64,000 nucleotides of DNA from the NCBI GenBank assembly GCA_965644315.1, contig CBFFRQ010000017.1, forward strand, positions 62,001 to 126,000, written 5' to 3'. The notes under the pieces are model-generated. The model was given only the letters and a program-made list of their open reading frames with translations. It searched no databases and was not told the DNA's origin. Of the stretch, positions 37,057 to 48,843 are shown piece by piece. Both the position numbers and the translations under genes were made by a program. Each line of letters opens with the position of its first letter. The first letter of the stretch is position 1. This stretch comes from Caecitellus pseudoparvulus. Lineage: Eukaryota > Protista > Bigyra: Bicosoecida.

Positions 37057-37937
37057 TCACAAGGTCGGGAAAGCCTGGGGTGCCAGGCCTGCTGCTGGGC
37101 CGACCATGCCCGCCCCGCCTGTGGCCGCCGCTGAGCTGCCTGCATCCAGCCCGGTGAGGTCGTAGTCGCCCTCATCATCGTCATCTTCCTCCTCGTCCTC
37201 ATCTTCACCGTAGTGCTCACCAGCCATCACATCAGCGTCTGCATCACCCCCGTGCAAGACTCCATACTGCCCTGCCTCAGCCTCGGCGGCCGCGGCCGCG
37301 GTGGCGCTGATGCCGGTCGCATTCTTGTCTGCCGTGCCCGACCAGTCGATGAGGAAGCGGGTCACGCGCGCCTTGTCCGCCAGGACCTGGCGCACCATGT
37401 CCTCTGGCTTCACCACTGCCTGCTCTGCCCCTGCCCCCTCCAGCTGCTGGGGCACGCGGTTGTCCACGTAGTACCCGACTCGGATGAACTCCTGGCCGCG
37501 GAAGCTGCATGTGAGCAGCACCACTGTCATGCCTTGCAAGTTGCTGGCGTCAATGCGGCCGTAGTCCGGCGCAGATGCCTGTGCGGAGGGAGGGGGCTGT
37601 GTCCCGCCTGCGCCGTGTGGCGAGGGACAGGGCTTTGAAGCTCACCTCCAGGACGAACTTGTGCGTTCCACGGGGGATGGGCCCCACGAGAGCCTCCTCC
37701 AGCACCTGGTCGTACTCAACATTGTCTGCTGAGCCGACGTACGTCACCCGCCATTCCAGGTCTGCAAGGGCGGGCAGGTGATGTCAACGGCCCGCTCCCG
37801 TTTCAGCCACGTTTCCTCACGCCCTCACCATCTTCGAGGGCTTCCAGCGCTTCAAATGTGATGCTGAAGCGAAATGCATCCGTGGCCCGGCAAGGGTTAT
37901 CCAACACTACCACATTGGTGACATTGATGCTGGCCAT
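37057..37937 (-). CDS. ASF1: Histone chaperone ASF1
   Basis: [15 protein letters not shown]...ITFE...[12 protein letters not shown]...YDQVL...VGP...[19 protein letters not shown]...RVTRF.IDW plus acidic tail; two introns. Confidence 0.96.
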
Positions 37938-38494
37938 GCTGGGCGCTGTGCGGCTGTGGGCAGTGGTGAGAAAGCGTTCAAATGGCTGTGCCCGCAAGGC
38001 GGGCTTGGGCAGGAGCAGGCGCTGATTCCGAGTGAACGACGGCTCCAAGAGCAATACACCGGCGGTTGGGCGAGAAGCACCAGACAAGTGTACATGCTCG
38101 GCACTGTCAGGTGAGGATATTTTGTATGACGTGCAGGCATTTGCCTCTGGCAAGTGCTTGGCGTGCAGTGCCTCTGTACCGCCGCTCACCGAATTGCCAA
38201 GTGTCGCCCAGAGCACTTAGGAGTATCGCTGATATGAGCAAGACAGGCTGGGGGTCTTCTGTGTATGGGCGCAGATGTACAGGTCTGCTTGGACAAGCCA
38301 TGATGTGGGGTGCTTTGCAGTCCACAGCAGCCACCCCTGTGAGGGTGGTGGAGACGCAGCAAACACAAACATACACCATTGGCGACACTCGGTTAGCTCA
38401 TCAGTGCTGTATTTATGGCGTTCATCATCACTCGATCGTCCAGATCCTGCTCCCTGCAGCCTTATCTCGTGCAGGAGCTTGCTGAGCTTGGTCG

Positions 38495-38502
38495 ATTTCC
38501 GC
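38495..38502. promoter_or_regulatory. Candidate proximal promoter motif ATTTCCGC (other copies 14758-14765, 36911-36918, 45100-45107)
   Basis: The same 8-mer lies within about 45 nt upstream of four start codons. Confidence 0.35.
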
Positions 38503-38536
38503 AGCTCACTGCTTCGAAGCCACTGTAGCAGCAGCC

Positions 38537-39567
38537 ATGGCCGCTGTGGCCGTGCGGCGCCACGGCACGCTGGATAGTGCATTCAAAAAGAAGATGAGCA
38601 CAAATGAGCAACGACTTGCAGCTTGTGCCGTGGTCACGTGGGGCAACTCCAGCAGCTGCACGGGGCACACTGTGGTGCGCCACTTGATGGACGTGGTGCG
38701 TGGTCCACCCTCGTTGTCATGCGTCGGCGGCGGTACAGCCACGCGACTCAGCATGCACGTAGCTATCCGTGTCTTCCTCAGGGGCGCGCTTCCACCTCAG
38801 ACCAGTGGGTGTTTGTGCCCTGCCGACCCAGACACGCTGGCTGGGCACAGCCCCAGGCTGCACAAGTCCTGCGCCCAGCGCCTGCCGACACCCTGCTGCC
38901 CTGCATTCCGGCGGAGACCAAGTTCATCGTACTGTCCGAGGTGGCGGGCCTCAGCTCCACGCTGGGCCGTGCAGGGCAGGATGTCTTTGCCTTCGTGGGG
39001 CGCCTGCGGCGAGCCGTGCCGGGGGCTCTCGTGCTCATGGGCCTGAACAGCGACGCATGCAGCGACAGCACAGCTGCCTCCCTGACCTCGCTGTGCTGCC
39101 TTGTGGCCCATGCGCCAGCTGCGCTGCAGCGCCTGCCCTCGGCAGCGGGGACGCAGGCAGGCCGCGGAGCTGCCAGCCTGGGCGAGGTGCAGCTCACCGT
39201 CCGGCACACGTCGTCTGGAAAGGTGTCCCACTCTCTGCAGCCCTTCTGTGTACATCCTACGACTGGGGCACTGGATTACAAGGCGGGCCTGGCCGCTGTG
39301 ACCGGTTCAACCGAAGGCGGCGTCACCGCCACGCCCTCGCCAGGGGCGTCTGCCATGCCGGACGTCATCGAAGGCTCCTCACACAAGCTTGCGCTGACTG
39401 CCCAGGAACTGGAAGCCCGCGCCAAGACAGTGCCCTCGTACCAGCACCAGGGCGCATCGGCTCCAACGCCTGGCGCGGCAGTCGGCACGAGCAGCGCCCC
39501 CCTCATCACGCTAGAGCTGGGTGACGCCGACACGAGCAGCAGCAGTAGCGATGACGAGGAGGACTGA
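38537..39567 (+). CDS. ELP5: Probable divergent Elongator subunit 5
   Basis: C-terminal pattern VRHTSSGKV...HKLALTAQELEARAKTVPSYQHQG...ITLELGDAD...SDDEED resembles the Elp5 C-terminus; one intron. Confidence 0.55.
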
Positions 39568-39574
39568 GCGGAGC

Positions 39575-40867
39575 TCACTGTTTCTGCCGTTGGGCTTCCA
39601 GAGCTGCGAACGCGTCCAAGGGCAGTGCTGCGTCATTGGCTGCGTACAGCTGCTCCGCCTCAGACAGCGGCCACTTCCACTTGGCTGACAGCACATTCAC
39701 ACTCTTGGGGAAGTGCTTGCGCAGAACTCGCATGGAGAGGGAGTCAGCAGATGAATGCACAGACATCTTGCTGCCATGCGTCACGTCGAAGTACCCGAAT
39801 GCCGGCGAGCAAGCGAAGTCTGATGGCAGTTCCTCCCCGAACGCGCCCAGCAGCGCTGCAGCGTCATTCACCAAGTTTCGCCCCACTTTGCGCACAGCAG
39901 GATGCACCAGCACCAGCAGCAGCGATGGCACCAGCTCGCCCAGACCCAAGCATGCAGTCTCGGCCTCTTTCAGCAGCTGCCCAGTGTGCGCGATGAGGAC
40001 CCGAGATGGCGTTGCCAACTGTACCAGCTGGACGGGCGCACCCACACCTCCAAATGCATGCCACTCTGAGTCAAAACCGATTGTGACAAGTGGATCACAT
40101 GCACCATCAGCAGCCTCCTCAGCGTCGCTCAGTGCCTCGACGATGCTGGCCAGCCAGCCCTCAATTTCTGCCGCTGTCGCAGATGCCGTGACAACTCGAT
40201 CGTGTGTGTACGTCTCGTACTGTGGTGTCATACATGCAAAAGATGCAGCCGCCTTTGGGCTCCGCAGGAGTGGCAGGGCTTTCGGCAGCAGCGCTTGCGC
40301 TGCGAGAGCCTTGGCACTCTTCTTGCGGCCGTGGGCAGCGCTCGCGCTAACAGGTTCCGCAGAGTCCAGGTGCAACGTGAGCGTCACCCTCCACTGCGGA
40401 GCAGCGCCACCCCAGACCTGGCCACAAGCTTCAACTTCCTGGTGCAACACAGCTTGAGGGTCAAGCCCAGTTGCCTGAATGGCCTCCATCAACCTGGAGA
40501 TGCCACTGCTGCTCACAGGTGCGGCACTGAAAGCTACTGGTCCTTGCTCGGCGGGGTGAGCTTGCGTCAACTGTGGGGCGGTGGCAGACTGCAGTGCCCC
40601 ACCCGACACAGGCACCTGCTTCTTGGCAACAATGCCAAGTTCTTCTATCAGCAGCTGCGCGGCATTGTGCAACGCTTGCTTCTTGGAGCCCGCCCTGGCG
40701 GTCACGGTTGGCGTCCCGCCTCGCGTTGCGAGCGTCAGCTCAAGCGTCCACTGCATGCAGTGCCCTTCCCCAGAGCCAACCCAGTGCTTTGTGAGGGCGC
40801 TGGGTGGGAGGCTGGCCCGCTGCATGAACTCGTTCAGCTTCATGGGGGCAGTGTGCGCCGCCGCCAT
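39575..40867 (-). CDS. Two dsRNA-binding domains + DEDDy (WRN/Mut-7-like) 3'-5' exonuclease
   Basis: dsRBD-like KLNEFMQ...GSKKQALHNAAQLLI and RLMEAIQ...GRKKSAKALAAQALL; ExoI GFDSEW (40061-40078), ExoII VGRNLVND (39863-39886), ExoIII YAANDA (39629-39646); intronless. Confidence 0.82.
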   Translation of the reverse strand: MAAAHTAPMKLNEFMQRASLPPSALTKHWVGSGEGHCMQWTLELTLATRGGTPTVTARAGSKKQALHNAAQLLIEELGIVAKKQVPVSGGALQSATAPQLTQAHPAEQGPVAFSAAPVSSSGISRLMEAIQATGLDPQAVLHQEVEACGQVWGGAAPQWRVTLTLHLDSAEPVSASAAHGRKKSAKALAAQALLPKALPLLRSPKAAASFACMTPQYETYTHDRVVTASATAAEIEGWLASIVEALSDAEEAADGACDPLVTIGFDSEWHAFGGVGAPVQLVQLATPSRVLIAHTGQLLKEAETACLGLGELVPSLLLVLVHPAVRKVGRNLVNDAAALLGAFGEELPSDFACSPAFGYFDVTHGSKMSVHSSADSLSMRVLRKHFPKSVNVLSAKWKWPLSEAEQLYAANDAALPLDAFAALEAQRQKQ

Positions 40868-41108
40868 GTCAGTGGGTCGGTGGCGAATGCCCGTGGCCAG
40901 CACTTGCCTGAGAGGCGCGGAGCACAGGGAGGATCAAATGCATCAATGGTAACAAAAAATCACCCCTTCACTGAACAGGTTTTGTGGAGTTGTGTTTTTG
41001 CGAGCGTGCAGCACTGCCTGTCATCTTTGCGGCTTGCGCAGGCGGTCCACCACCGGAGTTTCAGTGTTTCGGCCTTTCCACAGCACACGGCGCACGCAGC
41101 AGTTGATC

Positions 41109-42556
41109 ATGTTGACTGCATCCCAGTGCATTTCACGTTCTGCCTTGAGAACTACCCGTTCCATGTGCACTTCTCCCGTGCGATCAACCCTTCCGGCCCG
41201 CCGGGTGCTTCGAGTGCGGTGCGTGCGTGGTGAGCAATTTCCGCAGCACGCCTCGGGCTTACGCTGCGCTGTCCTGCGTGCACAGGGGCGCGGACGCCGT
41301 GGGCTTCCTGAATGGTTTCTCCACACAAGAGTTCTCCCGCCTCGGCCAGGAGGGTGCCATCTTTTCTGCGTTCCTGAACTCCAAGGGCCGCACCGTGTTT
41401 GACGCAGTGGCGCTGGCTGCTGGGCGAGACGGGGCGTTTGACACCACCAGCATCTTCCTGGACGTCGCAGCAGAGTCGGCGGAACAGGCCCTGCAGCATC
41501 TGCGGCGGTACCGGCTGCGGGCAGACGTCAAGCTGGCTGACGTCAGCCACAAGTTCGCCGCTGTGACGCTGCTGGGGCGTGGGCAAGGCATCAGCGTGAC
41601 TGACGAGGCTCAGAGCATGGCCCAAGCTGTGGCCTGCATTGCTGCGGACACTTCGGAGGCCAAGTTCGCCCGGCAGACCTGCGCCATGCCAGACCCCCGC
41701 AGCGACGTGATGGGGCTCAAGGCTATTGTGCCAGTGGCAGCGCTGGGTGAGTCCGTCGCCGTGTACCCTGCGCTGTGCTGCAGCGACCGCACCCTTCTGC
41801 CTGCTTGGCCTGACTCCCCCCTTCCCCCTTGCATGTACAGAAGCCTTGCAGGCCTCTGGCGCCCATGGGCAGCTGGTGTCCGGAGATGAGTACGGCCTGC
41901 TGCGGTGGTTGGCGGGCGTGCCGGAGGGGGGGGAGTGCGAAGGGTACATGCCTCTGGAGTGGGGGGTGGACTACCTGCGTGGGGCCAGCTTCTCCAAGGG
42001 CTGCTACCTGGGCCAGGAACTCATGGCCCGCACGCGCTTCAAGGGGCAAGTGCGCAAGCGCGCTGTCCCTGTCGCGTACACCGCCATGGCGGGCACACCG
42101 GCACCGTTGCTTCGCCCCCCCTCCGCTGGTCCGTGGAGGGTAGCCGCGGCGGCAGCTCAGCGATGGGACATTGCAGACGCCCAGGCACTGTCCCGGCCGC
42201 CGCCAGAGCACGCAATGCCCTCGTTGGAGGAGTTGCTGGCTTGTGGGAAGTCTGCTTTGGGCCGCGTTGAGGGGGGGGGGTTGACCCCCCCTGCACCCGG
42301 CACAGGGCTGGCCACTGAGCCCGCCATGCGAAGCCCTGGCCGCGTGCTATCTGCGGCTGTGAATCCAGCAGCCGCTGGGGCTGTGCTGGGCTTTGCAGTG
42401 ATCAAGAACGCTGCCACTGCTGGGTGGCTGGGCGATGCGTCTGGGGGGGAGACAGCGGGCGCCAGCACGAGCATTACTGCCGGGGAGACGTGCCTGGCGC
42501 CGTACCTGTCACCGCCTTGGCACGCCATCGCGGCAGACGAGCTGCAGCGGGCGTGA
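41109..42556 (+). CDS. IBA57: Mitochondrial Fe-S assembly factor IBA57/YgfZ
   Basis: Basic presequence, RRVLRVR|GADAVGFLNG, FLNSKGR, LRRYRLR, GVPEG, signature KGCYLGQE.MAR...G.VRKR; two introns. Confidence 0.92.
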
Positions 42557-42591
42557 GGGGGGTGGCTTGTGCTTGGCATGGAGCGGCGGAG

Positions 42592-43826
42592 TCACTTGGC
42601 CAGCGCCACACCGCGGACACCCGACTGCGTGATGACATACAGCGCCTCGGCCGAAGCGCACCAGGGCGCAAACTCCACACGAGCATAGCGCAGAGCAGTG
42701 CGCGGCAAGTCTTCACTAGGGCTGCCCTCTCGTTGCCCCTCCAGCGCCAGTCCAGCGTGCAGGGAAGCTGAGGGTGTGCCGGGGGCCGACTCAGGCAGGG
42801 CAAGCGGAGCGCCCGGGCTGGCAGTGGACCTGGGGCGCTTGTGCCCGCCAGATGGGCCAGGGCGAGGCAATGCAGGGAGCAGGGCGTGGTACCCCCATGG
42901 CACGGCGCTTTGCGGCGGGCTGCGGCTGAGGATGATGCGTGCGTTGACGCAGTGACCCCAGACCATGCCCAGGGCCGGGCGCGCGCCGCTTGCATCGGTG
43001 ACTTGGTGGTACGCCGCTACTGCAGATTGAGGCGGAGGCGGTGCGTCGTCCTCCACCAGTGCTGTGGCCTGGTTCAGCACCAGGACGGCCACGTGCCACT
43101 GGGCGCACAGCGCTTTCAGCGCAGCAGACAGCTCATACATGTACTTGGCCCGGGCCAACGCCGCATCGCGGCCAAGGGAGACGTCCAGATCTTCATCACC
43201 CCGCAAGACAGCGGCAATGGAGTCTATGACAATGAGCTGCACACCCCCGCCCTGGCCTGCTTGCCTCGCCTTTTCAAGCGAAACAGGCACTCGTTTGGCA
43301 ACTGCGTGCAGTAGGGAGTCTGCGTCTGGGATGTCCTGCACCAAGCACCGCGCCAACACGGAATCAGCATCGTCACCAGCCATTTGCCGTGCTCGCTTCA
43401 TGGGAAACCTCCCCTCGGTGTTCAAGTACACGCACGCCGGTCCGTCCGTTTCGGTGGCGTTTCGTACAGCCTGCAGCGCACGCCGTGTGAGCCTTTTGCA
43501 CGGTTTAGTGTGTGCAAACAGCCAAACACGCACTGCAATGGAGCACTGGAGAGCAAGCTGTGTCTTTCCTGCTGCTGATTCGCCAGCGACCTGCTCAGAA
43601 GCACAAGGGACTAGGTTCAAAGCATGTGGCAGCGAGGTGCTTGCACATGCTGGTTCCATACCTCGACAATGGTGGGGGGCAATGCGCCACCCACCATGCA
43701 ATCCAGAACTGGGCATCCCAAGGATGCTCTCGAATGAAGCTTCAGGGAGAGTGCAGGCGTGGCCTGCGGCGCATCGTGCAGCGCAACGCCCCCGTCAATC
43801 CACTCAGGCTGCACAGCAGCTGCCAT
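42592..43826 (-). CDS. XRCC3: RAD51 paralog XRCC3
   Basis: SLGCPVLD..VGG, E|VAGESAAGKTQLALQ, YLNTEGRFP..R, IVIDSIAA, VLNQ, PALG..W.HCVN.R, RYARVEFAPW; two introns. Confidence 0.85.
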
Positions 43827-43937
43827 CGCCAGCTTTGGGCCTACTCTACTGCCCTGCTGCCCGGCAACGGATGGCGCACATGCACAGGCATGGTGCAGCA
43901 ATGAATTGACGATTCTAGTGAGAAGTGGAATGTGCCC

Positions 43938-45082
43938 TCACAGGCCCCTCCTGCGCTTGCCGCCCTCCGCCGCACCCTCCCCATCACTGCTGCTGGCGCT
44001 CTCCCCATCACTGTCCTCCTCCACAGCAGCGCCTCTCCTGGTGCGTTTCAGGGCCTTGACCTTGCGTGCCTGCAGCTCTCCCAGCTTCTGCTTGCCCACG
44101 TGCACTGTGCCCATCTTCTCGCCGAAGGCGTTCCGAGACACGTTCTTGGTCTTCTTCCTCTGCAGCTGGGCCGGCACCTTGGTGGCCTCGGCACGCACCT
44201 CCGAGCTCGCCCACTGTGTGCGCCGCAGCTTCAAGTCTGCGAAGGGCCCCGTGGCGGCCAGCTCCACCTTGGGCACCTTGGTGCCTGACTTCTTCAGCAC
44301 TGTGACGTACCCACGCATGTGCACCGTACCAGCCTCCCCTGCTGTGAAGGCGTACACTGGGGCCCTGTCCAAGGCTGGCAGGGCCAGGCCATGCTGCATG
44401 GTGCGGCCACGGAAGAAGTCCTGCAGCAAGTTCTGCACCCGGGCCATGTCGGGGTCATTCACCCACGCATCTCCGGCAAAAAGCAAGAGGGCCTTGGAGG
44501 GCAGGCGCGGCTGGGGGGCGCCGTTCAGCCGCGTCACGTCCTGCATGGAGCCGTACCCGGTCAAGCCCCACTCAGCCATGTCCAGCACTGCGCCGTTGAA
44601 GGTGCGGCCCATGATGATGTTGTCAGGGCGCTTCTTGTTGTGGGTTGTCTCGAAGAACAGCCCGGCCCGGTTTTTGTCGGCCAGGAACTCCAAGGAGCTC
44701 GTGTCTTCGAAGGGGTGCACAGGGTTCTTGCGCTGCAGCATGACAGTGTGTGGCTTCATGAGGGCATTCTGCGGGGCGAGCACGGTGCGGGCGGGGAAGT
44801 GTGCACAGGTTGCGGGCAACGTGACAGGGGGCTGTACAGCAGCCACCGCGATAGTAGCGCACGCACCAGGTCCTTCATCAGGCCCGCGCACTGCTCCGAC
44901 GTCCGCAAGCCACGGAAGAAGAGCACTCGCTTTGGGTCCTCGATGATCTTCGGCTCCTGCGCCTTGAGAGCCCGGGCAATGCGGGCCTTCTTGCTGCGCT
45001 TGCGCTTGGAGGTGAAATGGTCTGCTGGGATGACCTTGTTGCCCAGGCGGACCATCTTTGGGCCCGCAGTAGCAGCTGCCAT
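43938..45082 (-). CDS. RPF2: Ribosome production factor 2 (Brix domain)
   Basis: RALKAQEPKIIEDPK, KNPVHPFEDTSSLEF, HNKKRPDNI.MGRTF, DFFRG, PKVEL...GP..DL.LRR, KKTKNV; one intron. Confidence 0.94.
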
Positions 45083-45348
45083 GGTGGCGAAGGTGGACTG
45101 CGGAAATTGAAGCGCCCTCGTGTTCGACTGAGCTCTTGGCCCGAAAGCACACACAGTGCGCGCCAGGGGGCGCCACGACAGGGGAGCTGGACAGTATCGG
45201 GGGCACTGGCCAGTCACGTTGTGGCAGAGTGGTGCATTTTACAGACCGCCTGCTTCTGGCGTCGGCGCTGTCCCGGAGCAGCAAGCTTGTGACCGACGCG
45301 CCACTCGAAGAGCCTGCCTGCAGCTTGAAGACACGGCCGCCCCCCTGC

Positions 45349-48300
45349 TCAGCTGTCATCCTCGTCTGCCCCCTCCTTCTCTTCCTCTTTGGATGGCGTG
45401 GGCGTGACGAGGGCCTCTGTGTCCCAGCCGCCGCCCTGTGGCGCATCGGTGCTGGGCGCAGCCCCGGCCCCCCACTTTCCGTCAGCCGAGAGACTGTGCA
45501 CGATGCGCGCCAGGGCCTCCCCACGAAGAGCCCACACCGCGTCCCCCTCGGGCGAGTGCCACCGCTGCACCATGGCGGCATTGGCCCTCAGCGTCTTGCT
45601 GTGCAGGCCCGCAGCCAGCACCGCCAGCAGCCCCGCCAGGCCGCCCACAGTCGCCACAGCAGGCTTCTCCAGTGCGACACCAAGACCCGCCACAGCCAAC
45701 GTCGCTACAATGCCCATGACATCCGCCGCGAGGGCTGCTGTCCAGGCCCGGCTGGAGAAACGCAGCCAGCCCCCCGCCACCCAGGCCGCCAAGGCCGCAG
45801 CAGCCGCTGCCATGGCGCCTGCTTCAGCAGGCTGCACAGCTCCTGCACCGATGCCCGGCGTTACGAGCAAGGCGGAGATGCACAAGCAGGCACCAGCGGT
45901 GGCAGGCAGCACGACATCGCGCATGCGCGGCGTGGCACAGCCGCCGTCTGCCTGGCTCGGCTCGGGCCGCATGCTGTGGTACACGGTGAAGGCAGGGGGG
46001 CCAGCGAGGCGGGGCAGGCCCATGACCTGCCAAATGGCCAGTGCTGCGCCGGCGAAGATCCACGCTGTGCGCTGGGGCGAGATGAGGCCGGCCAGCGTGA
46101 TCCAAATGTCGAAGACGACGGCGCCCAGGAAGGTGGTGACGGTGAACCACATGAGCCAGGAGCCGAAGACGGGGTTCAGCGGCAGCGGGATGGTCAAGGG
46201 GGGTGCCTCGGGCACCTCCTGTGCCGGCTGCCTCTCGGCGTCATCTGGCACATCAGGCAGCATGAGTGCGGAAGAGGAGGTGGCGCTGTCGCTGGCCAAG
46301 CCGCCGACCCCGGCACCTGCGGCGCCCGCCCCGCCCCCTGCAATGTTGGCCGTGATGCGGGACCAGTCAGACTCCAGTGCCCGGGCAACTTCCCCGGCTG
46401 TGCTGCCTCGGCGTCCACGCTTGGCTGGGAGGCGAGGCTGGGGGCTGGGCTCTTTGGGCGGCCTGTAGCAGGCCCGACAGCCGCACGCCACCAAGAAGGG
46501 CACCGTGTTCCCCGTCGCTGCACGGTAGTACATGAGTCCTACAAACAGCCCGCTTTCCAAGTTCAAGGCCAGGCTGGTGAACACCTCCAGCACGACAAGG
46601 AAGCCTTGAGGATTCAGCATGGCGATCCTGTGGGGCGGGCGGGGTGGCGGGTGAGGCGCGCATGGCGAGGCAGCAGACGCGCCACTGGGCACTCACAGCA
46701 GCACCAGGCCGAACCAGAAGGTGTACTGCGCCCAGCGTTGCCCTGTGGGGTGCAGCAGGAATGGGCAGGCCGAGGTGATGCCGCGGCCACACTGCAGGCA
46801 GCCCTGCCACATGCCCTGTGCGCAAGCAGTGCCCCCCTTAGTGTCCTCCCACTCTGCAATGTCTGCATCAGAAGCGTCAGATCCGGTGTCGTCCTGGCCA
46901 GCCCCTGGCGGCAGTGCAGCCAGTCCAGACGTTCCACCGGGAGCCAGAGACGCTGCCGCAGCGGTGTTGTGGTGGGCCGTGCCGTCGGAGGAGATGCCCT
47001 GGGGGTCACTCAGGTCCTTCCACGGCCCAATGACAGCAGGCGTCTCACTGCCGTGCATACCCTCGTGACTTTCCCCAACTGCTGGGCTGGCACTGTGGGT
47101 GGACTGCGGAGATGTGCCGTACGAGCGTGCCGCGTGGTCCTGCTTGCTCTGCACGACAGCAGTGCTTTCCGATGCTCCAAGGGCGTCACGACTCCACTGG
47201 GCCACTGCGAGGGGAGGGGGGCGCATGAGCGGGTGAGGTGCCGTTGCTGCGTTGGCCGGCGAGCAGCAAGCAACGCACCGATGCCGTCCAGCACATGCTT
47301 CAAGCCGGTGCCCATGGTGATGAAGGACACAGAGACAGACAGCACAATGAACACCGTAACAGTGGTGCTGACCCACGAATACTGTGGGAAGCCATGGTCG
47401 ATGATTTGAGTCACAGGCACGGTGCTAATTTCACCCTGCCGCCGCGCCTTCTCCAGTGACACCTCGATGCCTCGCAGCTGAGAATGCCCCACCTGGTCTT
47501 CAATGGCCTGTGCATCGGTCTGTGGCACGATCTCCAGGACGAAGAAGGCCCACAACAAGTTCGTCAGCCAGCACAGCACGACACCCCCTGTCACGGCAGC
47601 ACGGAAGCGCCAAATGCCAGTGGCGTTGAAGGGCACCCGGGAGAAGATGACGGGCATGATGTTCACCACGCCGCCCAGGGCGACTGTGCCGAGGAGGAAG
47701 GGTTCCATGGACGCCGCGAAGTCGTTGGTGGGCTCCAAGTGCACGGAGCTACCCACCAAGCCCACGACAGCGATCATGAAGAAGAGCAGCGTCACCTTGG
47801 CGAAGGTGAAGGTGGAGATGATGCTCTGCACGGCCGTGCCGCCGAAGATGATGATGAGGAAGTACACGGCGATGTAGATGGGGATCACCAGCGTGTAGTG
47901 CCCCAGGATGCCGAACAGCTGAGCGTAGGCCAGTGACCCGGCCAGGGCGTACCCCACCAGCACACTGATGAAGTGCAGGACCACTGCAGCATCGAAGGCC
48001 AGGCGGGAGGACTTGCCCAGGAACATCTTCCCCATGGCATGCAGGTCTGGCGCAGTGGTGAGGTGCGTGTCGCCCTGGGGCTGCTCTGTCGGCCCCGCTT
48101 GCTTCCCATCGCCATCCTGCAACTGGCTGTACTCGGCTGACGCTGGCGCAGCGGCGTCCGTGACTGCAGGGGCAGAGGCAGCCATCAAGGCTTCCAGCCG
48201 CACTCTTGTCCACTGTAGCAAGTCCACTGTGAGCCACACGACCGACAGCTGCACGGGGAGGGGCAAGCCAAGGCAAGGTGGTTCAACGCCAGGGCGACGC

Positions 48301-48736
48301 ACCATTGGTGCTGCGCTGGGACGCAAGCCAGCCCTGGCGCAAGGGTGAGCGCCCCAGGTGCGACCCTTACCTGCATCACGAGGCAAACAGCAAAGGTCAC
48401 GGCAAAGGGTGCCATGCCAGAGTTCGCCAAAGTCACTGGGAGGCCCTGCGATGCGTGCGGCAGGGGTGCACTGAAACGCCAGGGCTTTCACTCCTGCAGG
48501 GCTGTCGCACGCACCAGGATGCCTGTGCCCAGGATGGCGGCCACGACGATGAAGAAAGCACTAAAGTACAGCAGGAATGGGCCTCCATCCTCTCCACTTT
48601 GCCCTGTCATGGCCGGCGCCTCTGGTGACCTGCGCTGTGTGCGGCCACTCTTCGCTGGCTTTTCGCCTGCAGCACCTTCGTGCGCCAGCTGCTGTGCAGG
48701 GCTGTCGCCGTCAATGCCAGCGGCAAAACCGGACAT
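45349..48736 (-). CDS. Amino-acid permease (aromatic amino acid/AAAP-like) with extra C-terminal membrane extension
   Basis: VAAILGTGIL|ALP, PDLHAMG..FLG, HFIS.LVGYALAG, PFLLGTVALGG, GEISTVP, FI..S.SVSF...G.GLKH..DG, NPQGF..VLE.FTS..LNLESG; four introns join ORFs 48488-48742, 48185-48436, 47010-48491, 46693-47376 and 45349-46692. Confidence 0.8.
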
Positions 48737-48843
48737 GCACACTCACTACATTGTTTATAGTGAGTTCTTTTCCAAGGCGATGCGGTTTGGCGCCTGGGAC
48801 TGACTGGCTCCTCACACCTTTCCCAGAGCAGGGGTTGCATTGC

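Noticed and set aside
37938-38536. ASF1/ELP5 spacer with minus-strand TGATGA...CTGA (C/D snoRNA-like) and possible intron 38104-38189
   Set aside because: Box spacing is wrong, there is no terminal stem and no convincing rRNA guide; more likely promoter or UTR.
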